Below, piece after piece: positions 10,251 through 20,111 of a stretch of 64,000 nt of DNA. A program made the translations under genes and the position numbers. The first letter of the stretch is position 1; every line of letters begins with the position of its first letter. The stretch comes from an uncultured bacterium (GTDB taxonomy: Bacteria > Verrucomicrobiota > Verrucomicrobiia > Limisphaerales > UBA8199): NCBI GenBank assembly GCA_963749495.1, contig CAVVMW010000006.1, forward strand, positions 480,001-544,000. Reading direction: 5' to 3'. The notes under the pieces were generated by a model, which did no database searches, was not told the DNA's origin, and worked only from the letters and a program-made list of their open reading frames with translations.

Positions 10251-10598
10251 TTAGTCTCTCAGCGCAGTTTTAGCGAGCCGGTCTGACGCGTCGGACTGGT
10301 CAGACCGGTCAGACTTTATCTCATAATCCCCGAGCAGTTCGTCCGACAGACTGGCGCGAGCCACATTGGTGAGTTTCATCTCGGTCTTGCGCAACGTGGC
10401 AGCCGCCCCGCTGGCTTCGCTGATGTTGCGCACGCCGCTGCGAGCCGCCTGGACCATCTGGTCGGTCAAGCGGTGGTCGTGGGCCAGGAACCGGCGGCAG
10501 AAGACGACCGTGGCATCATACACGGCCTCAGCGACCTTGTAGCTGCGCAGCTTGCGGTAGCCGCCATGAGGCAGAAACGGGCCTTGGGGCTGGTTCAT
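10251..10598 (-). pseudogene. Four-helix-bundle protein (23S rRNA intervening-sequence family), C-terminally truncated
   Basis: PHGGYRKLRSY...YDATVVFCRRF...TDQMVQAARSGVRNISE...EMKLTNVARASL.DELLGDYE, then reads into the GTCNGAC repeat (SDRSDQSDASDR). Confidence 0.8.
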
Positions 10599-10720
10599 GG
10601 CTGGTGATTGTGCGGGGTGCGTGCAGAAAGCGCACGCACATTCGTCTGACCGGTGACCCCTCTGACTCGTCTGACTCGTCTGACACGTCGGACTTCCACT
10701 TTTCGGACATCGCTCGGACC
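10280..10720. repeat. GTCNGAC 9-bp arrays flanking the four-helix-bundle gene (about 10280-10315 and 10643-10720)
   Basis: gtctgacgcgtcggactggtcagaccggtcagac and tctgactcgtctgactcgtctgacacgtcggac. Confidence 0.75.
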
Positions 10721-10787
10721 GTTGTTACCAATACGACACAGGACCGACATGGGGAGTTCACACGCATATTATAAGTTGGCTGGGAGT

Positions 10788-13700
10788 ATGAAGCCTAGAG
10801 GTTTGAATCGTGGCGCCAAAGGCCGGGCGCGCATCGCTCTGGTCCTGCTGTGCGCCGCGGACCCGGCCCTGCCCAACCCCGTGGGCATGACGGTCGCCCA
10901 CGGCACCGCCACGGCCGCGCAAAACGGCTCGCAACTCAACATCACTGCCTCCCAGAACGCCGTCATCAACTGGCAGAGCTTCAACATCGGCTCGGGCGAG
11001 ACCACAACCTTCCATCAGCCCTCCTCCATCTCGGTGGTGTGGAACCGGATCTACGACGCCAACCCCTCCCAAATCTGGGGGACGCTCAACGCCAACGGAT
11101 TCGTCGTGTTGATGAACCAGAACGGGTTTTACTTCGGGCCGAATTGCTCGGTGAACGTGGGCGGTTTCGTGGCCGCGGCGGCCGCGGTGACGCCCCCGCC
11201 CGCCGCCGGCGGCGGCGCGGTGTGGAGCTACCAGGGTCCGCCGCCCACTGCCAAGATCATCAATTTCGGCCAGATCAAGACCCAAACCGGCGGCTCGCTC
11301 TTCCTCATCGCCGAAGGCATCGAGAACCACGGCTTGCTCTCGGCCCCCGACGGCACGCTCGGCCTCTATGCGGGCAAGCGGGTGCTCATCTCGGAGCGCC
11401 CGGACGGGCGCGGGCTCAGCGCCAGCGTTCAACTGCCCGCCGGCGCCATCGATAACTCGGGCAGGCTCGTGGCCGACGCCGGGACCATTGCCCTCCACGC
11501 CCAGGTCGTCAATCAAAACGGCCTGCTCCAGGCCAATTCCGTCCGCAACCGGCAGGGGGTCATCGAGTTGGTGGCCGGCGACACAATCAACCTCGGCCCG
11601 GATTCGGTCATTCGCGCCAACGGCGACACGGCAGTCGTGAGCGCGGGCGGCCAGGTTGCGCTCAAGTCGGGCGGGAGCTTCACCGACGACCCCGCCTCGC
11701 GCATTGAAGTTCGCGGCGGGGCGCTGGGCGGCAGCGGCGGCGCGGTCGAGATCTCCGCGCCGGGCATGGACCAGGTCTCGGGCCAACTGGACGGAACCGC
11801 GCAGCCGGGCTGGCTGGGCGGCCGGTTGACGTTCGACCCCCTGAACATCGTTTTGGCAACCAGCGGCAGCGCCAAGCCCTCGGGCACGGTGAACTCGGGC
11901 GACGCCCCGGGCGCGGGCACACTCCGGCTGGACGTCAACCAGGCCTTCAAGGGCTTCTCGGATATCCTCCTGCAGGCCACTCACGATATTTCACTGGATA
12001 CCGGCACGGTCTGGGACTTGAACGCCAGCACCGGCATCAATTCGCCCGGCAGCCTCCTGACGCTTCAGGCCGGCAATAACATTGTCTTCGGAAACAACTC
12101 CCGCATCGTCTCGAGTTCCGGCTGGTCGGTGAGCCTGGCTGCCGGCGTGGATTTCACCTCCCCGTCCCTCGCGGTCCGGCCGGGCATCGGCGGCATCTAT
12201 CTCAACGGCGGTCCTCCCAACGCCCAGGGGATGGCGCCCAATTTCAACGGGGCGATCGAAGTGGCCGAGGGCAATCTCACCTTCCAGGCCGGACACGAGG
12301 TGCTGGTGGGCAGCGGCTACGTGCGGACCGTCAACGGCGGCAACATCTCGATCAGCGCCGGCGACGGTGACGTCAATGCCGGCACCAACCCGCAGACTTA
12401 CGATTTCACCTCGGACGGTTACAGCGTCAGCGGCCTTGGCCTGGGCGGGATTGGCACCGCCGCCGGGGGCAACGTGCAGATTGCGGCCGGGCGCGACATC
12501 CTGAGCGGCGGGGGCAGCATCGGCGCCTTTGGCCCTGCGGCCGGCAACGTGGACCTGAGCGCCGGGCGCGATATCAAGGGCAGCTTCATGGTCCGGCAGG
12601 GCGTTGGGACGCTCACCGCCGGGCGCGATGTGGGCGATGGCGCTACGCCCGCCAGTTTCGGGTTGGTGGCCGGCGGCTGGAAGGTCAACGCCGCGCGCAA
12701 CCTCTATGTCAACGAAGTCTATAACCCGAACGGCTCGCTCAACCCCAACCGCGCCAGCTACGGGCCGCGCGTGACCTTCCAGTTCGACTATGCGCCGGAT
12801 GCCTTTGTGGACCTGGTGGGCGGCCACTCCGTTCAACTCCTGGGCGACAACCTGGCCAGGACGGCGGACAACCCCGGGCGGCCCCCGATTTATGCGCCCA
12901 TCCTGAATATCGAGGCCGGGGCCGGGGGCGTCTTGCTCGGCAACGATGTCGTCCTCTATCCTTCGCCCCAGGGCAGCTTGAGCATTCAGACCACCGACGG
13001 CGGCCCCCTGGGCAGCCTGGCCGGCCAATTCCACCAACTCATCGTCTCGGATAGCGGCAGCCCTGATTACACTACCTTCGAGGCGGGCCACGCCGGCACG
13101 CCCTTGCACCTGGGAGGCAGCGGGGGGGGCGTCCATTTGAACATTGACGGCGACCTGGACAATGTCTTCCTGCGCTCCCCCGAGGCGGCCGACGTGCATG
13201 TTCACGGCAATGCGCTGAACTTCTCCTTCGAAGGCCAGAACCTCTCCCGCAACGATGTCACGCGGCTCCAGGTGGATGGCGATTTGACCAGCCGGAGCAA
13301 CCTGACCTTCGTTGGCCTCCAGAGCACTCCGGATCTGAGCGTTCTGACCGACCCGGGCATCACGATGAATCCCGGGCTGGGCGGGCGGATAAGCTACAAC
13401 CCGGCGACCCACCAACTGGGCATCCAAGGCATCATGACGGCGGCCGATCTCGATTTCCTGCTGCACCCCACTGTCTATGTGCTGGACCCGATCACTCATC
13501 AGCAGGTGCTGGACGCGCAGGGCAACCCGACTTTCGCCCCGGCCACATTCACGGCGGATACCGCGGCGCTGCAACAGCTCTATGCCGCCACCCAGGACAT
13601 CCCCAGCTCGCCGCTGGCGCAGGGCGGCCTGCAACTGGGCGGGCCGGGCGCGTTCCAGATCGTTGCCCGCAACCTGGACCTGGCCACCTCGGCCGGCATC

Positions 13701-14765
13701 CGTTCGGTGGGGCCGCTGCTCAATCCAGCCCTGGCGTCCATCTCCATCCAGGGCGCCAACCTCAATTTGAGCCTGGCGGGCAACCTCAGTATGGCCAGTT
13801 CCCAAATCGCCTCGTTTAACGGCGGGAGCATCAACGTGACAGCCCTGGGCAGGATGGACATCGGCGCCCAGGACAGCCTGACCAGCGACAAGACGCCCAA
13901 GGGCATCTACACCGGCCACGGCGGCAACGTGAGCGTACACGCGGCCGGCGACATCCTGGTCCAGGGCTCGCGCATCGCCAGCTACGACGGCGGCAACGTC
14001 ACCGTCATCTCCGACAACGGCACCGTGGACGCCGGCGCCGGCGCCAAGGGGTTTTTCAGCGTCACCACCAGCCAGTTGGACCCGGCGACCGGCCAATACG
14101 AGAACCGCAATGACCGGTTCTTTGGCAGCGGCATCATGGCGTTGACCCGCACCGATTCCAACGCGCGTGTGGGCGACATCACCATTCAAGCCGGCGGGGA
14201 CATTCAGGCCAACTCGGGCGGGGTGCTCCAACTGGCCTTCAACAAGGCCGGCCAGTCCGGGGCGCAAGTGACGCTGGACGCGGGCGGCAGCATTCTGGCC
14301 GGCGCCTCCGGCGTGCTGGGCCGCGATGTCTCCCTCAAGGCCCAAGGCAGCATCGAAGGCGTCGTGGTGGCCAGCCAGAACATCGTCATCCAGGCCCAAC
14401 AAAACGTCGCCGTGACCGCCCTGGCCGGCGGCACCGCCTCCGTTTCCGCCGGCCAGAACATCTCCGGCAGCATCGTCGGCGGCGGCAGCGTCAATGTCGC
14501 CGGCTCCGACATTAGCGCCTCGGTCATCTCCACCGGCGGCTCGGCCACCACCAGCGGCAACACCGCGGCCGCCGCCCTCGGCGCCTTTTCCGGCGTGACG
14601 GCGGCCCCGGCCCAGAAGACCGTCGAGTCCGCCGACAAGACGGTAGCTTCGCCCGCCATGGCCCAGGCCGAAGAGGAAGACGAAAAGAAGAAGCGCCTGG
14701 CGGCCAAGGCCCCCGCCCTGTTGCGGCGAGTCGGGCGCGTTACTGTGATTTTGCCCTCGAAATAG
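10788..14765 (+). CDS. Filamentous haemagglutinin-family (TpsA-like) beta-helix exoprotein, DUF3739-like C-terminus
   Basis: TPS domain motifs NAVINWQSFNIG, NRIYD..PSQIWGTLNANG.V.LMNQNG; long Gly/Asn-rich AGxDI repeats; VDAGAGAKG and GSGIMAL near the C-terminus. Confidence 0.85.
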   Translation: MKPRGLNRGAKGRARIALVLLCAADPALPNPVGMTVAHGTATAAQNGSQLNITASQNAVINWQSFNIGSGETTTFHQPSSISVVWNRIYDANPSQIWGTLNANGFVVLMNQNGFYFGPNCSVNVGGFVAAAAAVTPPPAAGGGAVWSYQGPPPTAKIINFGQIKTQTGGSLFLIAEGIENHGLLSAPDGTLGLYAGKRVLISERPDGRGLSASVQLPAGAIDNSGRLVADAGTIALHAQVVNQNGLLQANSVRNRQGVIELVAGDTINLGPDSVIRANGDTAVVSAGGQVALKSGGSFTDDPASRIEVRGGALGGSGGAVEISAPGMDQVSGQLDGTAQPGWLGGRLTFDPLNIVLATSGSAKPSGTVNSGDAPGAGTLRLDVNQAFKGFSDILLQATHDISLDTGTVWDLNASTGINSPGSLLTLQAGNNIVFGNNSRIVSSSGWSVSLAAGVDFTSPSLAVRPGIGGIYLNGGPPNAQGMAPNFNGAIEVAEGNLTFQAGHEVLVGSGYVRTVNGGNISISAGDGDVNAGTNPQTYDFTSDGYSVSGLGLGGIGTAAGGNVQIAAGRDILSGGGSIGAFGPAAGNVDLSAGRDIKGSFMVRQGVGTLTAGRDVGDGATPASFGLVAGGWKVNAARNLYVNEVYNPNGSLNPNRASYGPRVTFQFDYAPDAFVDLVGGHSVQLLGDNLARTADNPGRPPIYAPILNIEAGAGGVLLGNDVVLYPSPQGSLSIQTTDGGPLGSLAGQFHQLIVSDSGSPDYTTFEAGHAGTPLHLGGSGGGVHLNIDGDLDNVFLRSPEAADVHVHGNALNFSFEGQNLSRNDVTRLQVDGDLTSRSNLTFVGLQSTPDLSVLTDPGITMNPGLGGRISYNPATHQLGIQGIMTAADLDFLLHPTVYVLDPITHQQVLDAQGNPTFAPATFTADTAALQQLYAATQDIPSSPLAQGGLQLGGPGAFQIVARNLDLATSAGIRSVGPLLNPALASISIQGANLNLSLAGNLSMASSQIASFNGGSINVTALGRMDIGAQDSLTSDKTPKGIYTGHGGNVSVHAAGDILVQGSRIASYDGGNVTVISDNGTVDAGAGAKGFFSVTTSQLDPATGQYENRNDRFFGSGIMALTRTDSNARVGDITIQAGGDIQANSGGVLQLAFNKAGQSGAQVTLDAGGSILAGASGVLGRDVSLKAQGSIEGVVVASQNIVIQAQQNVAVTALAGGTASVSAGQNISGSIVGGGSVNVAGSDISASVISTGGSATTSGNTAAAALGAFSGVTAAPAQKTVESADKTVASPAMAQAEEEDEKKKRLAAKAPALLRRVGRVTVILPSK

Positions 14766-14774
14766 CAACTCGAT

Positions 14775-15632
14775 ATGACCCCGATTCCAATCACCCCGTT
14801 TTTCGCCAGCGCGCTGGATTTCGCCTTCAAGAAGGCGACAACCGAAGGCAAGATCTGCATCGGCGTCCTGATCATCGTCTCGATCTTCAGTTGGACGGTG
14901 ATCATCACCAAGTCCCGCCAGCTTTACCGCGCGCGGAAGATGGGCAAGAGATTCTTCGCCTCCTACCGCTCGACGCGCGACCCGCTCGAAATCGCCCGGC
15001 ATGGCGAAGAATTCGATGGCGCACCCGCTTATGAGCTTTACTACGCCGGGGCGGAAGAGACCGAGTATCACCTGAAGCACAACCCCGTCCGGGTCGCTAA
15101 AGCCAAAGCGGCCGTTATTGGAGGGGACGGCGAGGCGGAATCCGACGACGACGCGCCGGCCACTGCTGCCAAGATCAGCCAGGCCTCGTTCGATTCCGTG
15201 CGGGTTACGCTGGAACGAATCGCAAGCGCCCAGGCCCTGTCGTTGGAAAAGGGGATGATCATTCTCTCGACTGCGGTGGCAGGCGGGCCGTTCATCGGTT
15301 TGCTGGGAACGGTCTGGGGCGTCATGGAGACGTTTTCGGGCATCGCCAAAGCCCAGTCCGCCACTCTGAATGCGATGGCGCCCGGCGTGGCCGGCGCGCT
15401 CATCGCCACCGTGGTCGGGCTCTTCGTCGCCATCCCGGCCATGTTCGCCTATAACTACATGGTCACGACCATCCGGGCCATCACCCAGGAACTGGACGGC
15501 TTTGCCACCGAATACGCCACTGCGATCGAGCACAAGTATGTCGATAACCGTTCACTGGTCGAGGAACTCCGGGAACTGCTGGGGCCGAAGGCCAGGCCGG
15601 CCGCCCTCCCGGAACCGGTCTTCACCGAGTAG
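14775..15632 (+). CDS. exbB: MotA/TolQ/ExbB proton channel protein
   Basis: GPFIGLLGTVWGVMETF, APGVAGALIATVVGLFVAIPA. Confidence 0.92.
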   Translation: MTPIPITPFFASALDFAFKKATTEGKICIGVLIIVSIFSWTVIITKSRQLYRARKMGKRFFASYRSTRDPLEIARHGEEFDGAPAYELYYAGAEETEYHLKHNPVRVAKAKAAVIGGDGEAESDDDAPATAAKISQASFDSVRVTLERIASAQALSLEKGMIILSTAVAGGPFIGLLGTVWGVMETFSGIAKAQSATLNAMAPGVAGALIATVVGLFVAIPAMFAYNYMVTTIRAITQELDGFATEYATAIEHKYVDNRSLVEELRELLGPKARPAALPEPVFTE

Positions 15633-15641
15633 CACACCTCC

Positions 15642-16070
15642 ATGAAGAAGTTCTCCAAGAGCGAACACGCGGCCCTGGCGCAGTTGAATATTACTCCGCT
15701 GCTGGACCTGGCGTTTGTGCTCCTGGTGATCTTCATCATCACGACCACGCCCGCCGTGAACGACCTGGACGTGGACCTGCCCTCGGCCGCAAGGCGTCCC
15801 AAAGACCCCAAAGCCAAGATCAACTACGTGACGGTCCAGAGCACCGGCCGAATGTTCCTGAACCGGGATGAGGTGGACCTCCCCGGGCTCAACGAGAAAG
15901 TGATCGCCATGCGCATGGACGACCCCGATCTCAGCATCGTGATTCGCGGCTCGGCCCGCACCAAGTACGCCCAAATCGTGAACGTCATGGACATGCTCCA
16001 GCAAGCCAACGTCCTCAAGGTCAATCTGGCCACTGAACCCTTCCCCGATGGCGCCGCCCGAAAGGAGTGA
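15642..16070 (+). CDS. exbD: ExbD/TolR biopolymer transport protein
   Basis: LNITPLLDLAFVLLVIFIITT TM with the conserved Asp. Confidence 0.92.
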   Translation: MKKFSKSEHAALAQLNITPLLDLAFVLLVIFIITTTPAVNDLDVDLPSAARRPKDPKAKINYVTVQSTGRMFLNRDEVDLPGLNEKVIAMRMDDPDLSIVIRGSARTKYAQIVNVMDMLQQANVLKVNLATEPFPDGAARKE

Positions 16071-16073
16071 ATT

Positions 16074-16769
16074 ATGGTTCCCCGCAAAAGGCACAATTCG
16101 TCCAGGGTCAATCTGACCATCTCTGTCATCTTCCACAGCATCCTGATAGCCGGGATCTTCTTCCTGGCGGCCCGTGAGGGCTACCTGGGCAAGACCCTCA
16201 GGCAGATCACCGTGACCATGGTGCCCAAGACCAAACCGCCCGAGCCGCCCAAGGTGAAACCGCCGGAACCCAAGAGCGAGCCCGCCAAGCAGCCCGCGGC
16301 CACCCCGCGCCCGACGCTGGCGCCGCCGCCCCTCCAGACTGCCTCCGCCGCGCCGCCGCCCTCCTCTCTGGCAGCCCCGCCCCCGGCTGCGCCACCAGCC
16401 GCGGATGTGCCGCTCGTGCAATTCACTGAAGGCGCCAAGGACGTCAATACCAGCTCGGACCCCATCGCCCTGTATAAGGGCCTGGTCGAGCACGCCCTGC
16501 GCTCGCATTGGGAGCGCCCCGAGGATATCGCAGACGAGACGTTCGAGGCGGAAGCGGAGGTGAGCATCAGTCCGACGGGCCTGGTCAGCGGCTCCCAGTG
16601 GCTCAAAGGCTCGGGCATTGCGCGCTGGGACGATTCGGTCAAGTCTGCCCTGAACAAGACCAAAGCCATCGGCAAGGCGCCGCCCAAGGGCTTTCCTGGG
16701 AGTTTCATGGTCCGCTTCGATGTCCAGAGCGAAGCGACCGAAGGGGTCATGCCCCTGAGCATGCAGTGA
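16074..16769 (+). CDS. TonB/TolA-like energy transducer
   Basis: N-terminal TM with SVIFH (SHLS-like motif), Pro-rich linker, TonB_2-like C-terminus (W.RP...KGSGIARWDDSV). Confidence 0.8.
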   Translation: MVPRKRHNSSRVNLTISVIFHSILIAGIFFLAAREGYLGKTLRQITVTMVPKTKPPEPPKVKPPEPKSEPAKQPAATPRPTLAPPPLQTASAAPPPSSLAAPPPAAPPAADVPLVQFTEGAKDVNTSSDPIALYKGLVEHALRSHWERPEDIADETFEAEAEVSISPTGLVSGSQWLKGSGIARWDDSVKSALNKTKAIGKAPPKGFPGSFMVRFDVQSEATEGVMPLSMQ

Positions 16770-17176
16770 AGAAGTTCTCCAAAGGCCATCACGGTTCGCT
16801 CAACGAACTGAACATCACGCCGTTGCTCGACCTGGCGTTCGTCCTGTTGGTGATCTTCATCATCACCACACCCCAGTTGTCGAACGACCTGGAGATGAAT
16901 CTGCCCTCGCCCAAGAAGACCAACACGCCGCAGCCGCCCGCCAAGCTCAATCACATTGTCGTGGATTCCGCCGGCCGAATCACCTTCAACGGCGAGCCGA
17001 TCCAACTGGCCGGCCTCAAGCAGACCCTGGTCACGATGAGGGCCGGCGACCCGGACACGGCCGTGGTGGTCAAGGGCGCGGCGGGCGTGGAATACCAGCG
17101 CGTGATCAGTGTGCTGGACCTCCTGCAGCAGGCCAATATCACCAAGGTCGGCCTGGCAACCGAGACGGTGCAGTAG
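16766..17176 (+). CDS. exbD: Second ExbD/TolR protein
   Basis: GTG overlaps the upstream TGA; KKFSK...ELNITPLLDLAFVLLVIFIITT, paralogous to 15642. Confidence 0.9.
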   Translation: MKKFSKGHHGSLNELNITPLLDLAFVLLVIFIITTPQLSNDLEMNLPSPKKTNTPQPPAKLNHIVVDSAGRITFNGEPIQLAGLKQTLVTMRAGDPDTAVVVKGAAGVEYQRVISVLDLLQQANITKVGLATETVQ

Positions 17177-17180
17177 GGCG

Positions 17181-17331
17181 GACCCCTCACCCCAACCCTC
17201 TCCCCATCGGATGGGGAGAGGGAGAATTCTCCGCAGCCCGCTCGAGGCACCAGAGATGCCTCGAAGTTCAAGAGACTGCCGGCGCTTCTCCCTCTCCCCT
17301 TCGGAAGGGGAGAGGGCCGGGGTGAGGGGTC
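17181..17331. repeat. 150-bp CCCCTCACCCC hairpin element, copy 2 (inverted relative to copy 1)
   Basis: Same ends and related internal spacer (ttcaagagac / gtctcttgaa) as 8423-8572. Confidence 0.88.
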
Positions 17332-17378
17332 TGTCGGGGACTCCGTCTGCGCCTTCACCGGTGGTTGCGCCGCCGCGC

Positions 17379-17407
17379 TTGACCTGGGGGTGCCACTCCG
17401 CTACGTT
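17379..17407 (+). promoter_or_regulatory. Candidate sigma70 promoter for clpP-clpX
   Basis: TTGACC (17379-17384), 17 nt, TACGTT (17402-17407), ATG at 17429. Confidence 0.45.
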
Positions 17408-17428
17408 CGGCATCAGAGAATAAGTTTT

Positions 17429-18067
17429 ATGTCAAACTTCCTAGTGCCAATGGTGGTTGAACAGACCGGGCGGGGCGAACGCGGCTATGATATTTACTCG
17501 CGGTTGCTGGTGGACCGGATCGTGTTTTTGGGCACACCGGTCGATGACATGGTGGCCAACCTGATCATCGCCCAGTTGCTTTTCCTGCAGATGACCGATC
17601 CCAAAAAGGACATTCATCTCTACATCAATTCACCCGGGGGCAGTGTCACCTCCGGGCTGGCCATTTACGACACGATGCAGTTCCTGACCTGCGACACGAA
17701 CACCTACTGCATCGGCCAGGCCGCCAGCATGGGCGCCGTGCTGTTGTGCGGCGGCACCAAGGGCAAACGCTACGCCCTGCCCAACTCCAACATCATGATC
17801 CACCAGATCCTGGGCGGCGCCGAAGGGGCCGCTACCGACGTCGAGATCCGCGTCCGCTACATGCTCCGCCTCAAACAGCGCCTCAACAGCATCATCGCCA
17901 AGCACACCGGCCGCTCCATCGAGCAAGTCGAGAAGGACTGCGACCGCGATAATTTCATGTCGGCCGAGGAGGCCAAGAGCTACGGCCTGGTGGACGAAGT
18001 GGTCCAGTCCCGCAAGGAGATCACCACTCTGGCCGAGCACGCAACGTCCCTGGCGGACAAGAGCTAA
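17429..18067 (+). CDS. clpP: ATP-dependent Clp protease proteolytic subunit
   Basis: [38 protein letters not shown] (Ser), IMIHQ (His), [11 protein letters not shown]. Confidence 0.97.
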   Translation: MSNFLVPMVVEQTGRGERGYDIYSRLLVDRIVFLGTPVDDMVANLIIAQLLFLQMTDPKKDIHLYINSPGGSVTSGLAIYDTMQFLTCDTNTYCIGQAASMGAVLLCGGTKGKRYALPNSNIMIHQILGGAEGAATDVEIRVRYMLRLKQRLNSIIAKHTGRSIEQVEKDCDRDNFMSAEEAKSYGLVDEVVQSRKEITTLAEHATSLADKS

Positions 18068-18119
18068 GTCAACCCAACCCAACCCACAACCCAGACCAAG
18101 CCCAGCAGCGTTCGTTTCG

Positions 18120-19418
18120 ATGGCACGGCCAACCAATATCACCCTGTGCAGTTTTTGCGGCAAGTCTCACGCCGAGGTCAAAAAGCTCATCGCCGGACCC
18201 GGCGTTTACATCTGCGACAATTGCGTCATTCTCTGCAAACAAGTCCTGGACAAGGAACTCGCCTCCCAGACGCGCAAACAAAAACCGCGGTTCGCGGTGC
18301 CCAAGCCGGCCGAACTCAAACGGCAGCTCGATCTCCGTTGCGTCGGCCAGGACCATGCCAAAAAGACGCTGGCCGTGGCCGTCCACAACCACTACAAGCG
18401 CGTCCTTCAGGAACCGCCCGAGGCCCCGCCGCCCCAACCCCCGGAGAGCGCCGCGCCGCCCGACCCCCATGCCGGGGTCCAAATCGAGAAGAGCAACATC
18501 CTCATGATCGGCCCCACCGGCTCCGGCAAGACCCTCCTGGCCCGGACCCTGGCCGAAATCCTCGACGTGCCCTTCGCCATCGCCGACGCCACCACCTTGA
18601 CCGAGGCCGGCTACGTGGGTGAGGACGTCGAGAACATCATCCTGCGCCTCCTCCAAAACGCCGATTACGATGTCAAACGCGCACAACGGGGCATCGTTTA
18701 TATCGACGAAATCGACAAGATCGCCCGCAAGACCGAGAACGTCTCGATCACGCGCGACGTCTCCGGTGAAGGCGTCCAGCAGGCCCTGCTCAAGATCCTC
18801 GAAGGCACCGTCTGCAATGTCCCCCCGCAGGGCGGCCGCAAGCACCCGCAGCAGGAGTACATCCGCGTGGATACCACCGACATCCTGTTCGTCTGCGGCG
18901 GGGCCTTCGTCGGCCTGGAGCGCCTCATCCAGCGGCGCATGGGCAAACACGTCATGGGCTTCCAGGCCATGGAAGCGGGCATCAAGACCGCCTCGATCAA
19001 CCGCCAGGAGATCCTCCAATACGTCGAGCCGGAAGACCTCCTGAGCTTCGGCTTCATCCCGGAATTCATCGGCCGCCTGCCCATGGTCACGGTGCTGGCG
19101 GAGTTGACGCAGCCCGAACTGGTCGCCATCCTCACAGAGACCAAGAACGCCCTGATCAAGCAGTACGCCAAGCTCATGGCCATGGAAGGCGTGGAACTGG
19201 AGTTTTCCCAGGACGCCCTCAAGGAACTCGCCGCCCAGGCCCTGAGCAAGGGCACCGGCGCCCGCGCCCTGCGCAGCCTGCTCGAAAGACTCATGCTCGA
19301 TGTCATGTTCGATGTCCCCAGCAGCGACGACATCCTCCACGTGTGCATCACCCAGCCAGTCGTGGCGGGCCTCTCCAAGCCCGTCATCCGCCGCAGGCAC
19401 GACCGCGCGGCGGCCTGA
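18120..19418 (+). CDS. clpX: Clp protease ATP-binding subunit
   Basis: CSFCGK...ICDNC zinc finger, [37 protein letters not shown]. Confidence 0.97.
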   Translation: MARPTNITLCSFCGKSHAEVKKLIAGPGVYICDNCVILCKQVLDKELASQTRKQKPRFAVPKPAELKRQLDLRCVGQDHAKKTLAVAVHNHYKRVLQEPPEAPPPQPPESAAPPDPHAGVQIEKSNILMIGPTGSGKTLLARTLAEILDVPFAIADATTLTEAGYVGEDVENIILRLLQNADYDVKRAQRGIVYIDEIDKIARKTENVSITRDVSGEGVQQALLKILEGTVCNVPPQGGRKHPQQEYIRVDTTDILFVCGGAFVGLERLIQRRMGKHVMGFQAMEAGIKTASINRQEILQYVEPEDLLSFGFIPEFIGRLPMVTVLAELTQPELVAILTETKNALIKQYAKLMAMEGVELEFSQDALKELAAQALSKGTGARALRSLLERLMLDVMFDVPSSDDILHVCITQPVVAGLSKPVIRRRHDRAAA

Positions 19419-19469
19419 GGGAGGAGGCAAGGCTGCCGATTTAGCCCGGACCTCCCATGGGCTATTCTC

Positions 19470-20111
19470 ATGACTGAATGGAACATTCAATCGCGGGCGC
19501 ACCACTGCGCCGGGTGCGGCGGCGCCTTTGTCGACCAGGCCGTCTATCACACCCTGTTGTTCGACGAGCGCGCCCAGTTCCGGCGTTCGGACGTTTGCCA
19601 GGCCTGCTGGGAGCGCCAATTCAGCCAGGGCGCCCGCGAGCGCAAGGGCTTTATCTCTTACTGGCAGGGCGTCTATGAAGCCCCGGCGCCGCGCAGCGAA
19701 CCGATCCAAAAGGAGACCGCCGAATCCCTCCTCCGCAAGCTCATCGAGCTCGATGACCCGCGCTTCATCCCCGCCGGCTACATCCTGGCCGTCATGCTCG
19801 AACGCAAGCGCCTGCTCAAGATCAAGGAGCAAACCGTGCGCGAAGGCCGGCGCGTCTTCGTCTATGAGCATCCCAAGAGCGGCAACCTGTTCACCATCCT
19901 CGATCCCGGCCTCCAGCTCAACCAGTTGGAATCGGTCCAGCGCGACGTGGCCGCGCTCCTCGAACAGGGCTTGAACCCGCCCGCCGCGGCCGAGGCCCAA
20001 GCCGCCGCCCCCGCCCCAGCCCAACCGGCCCCGGCGCAAACCGGCGCGCCGCCCGCCCTGCCGCCCCCCATCGAGCCACCCCCCGACAACTCCGCAAACC
20101 TGATCCCATGA
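19470..20111 (+). CDS. Hypothetical protein with CxxC...CxxC motif
   Basis: HCAGC...VCQAC, LAVMLERKRLLK; operonic between clpX and rnc (ATGA overlap with rnc). Confidence 0.7.
   Translation: MTEWNIQSRAHHCAGCGGAFVDQAVYHTLLFDERAQFRRSDVCQACWERQFSQGARERKGFISYWQGVYEAPAPRSEPIQKETAESLLRKLIELDDPRFIPAGYILAVMLERKRLLKIKEQTVREGRRVFVYEHPKSGNLFTILDPGLQLNQLESVQRDVAALLEQGLNPPAAAEAQAAAPAPAQPAPAQTGAPPALPPPIEPPPDNSANLIP

Noticed and set aside
11991..15533. 1180-aa minus-strand ORF and similar long antisense ORFs (46..1293, 18069..20039, 33398..36073, 46512..49217, 55922..58495)
   Set aside because: Shadow frames opposite well-supported genes in high-GC DNA; no recognisable motifs.
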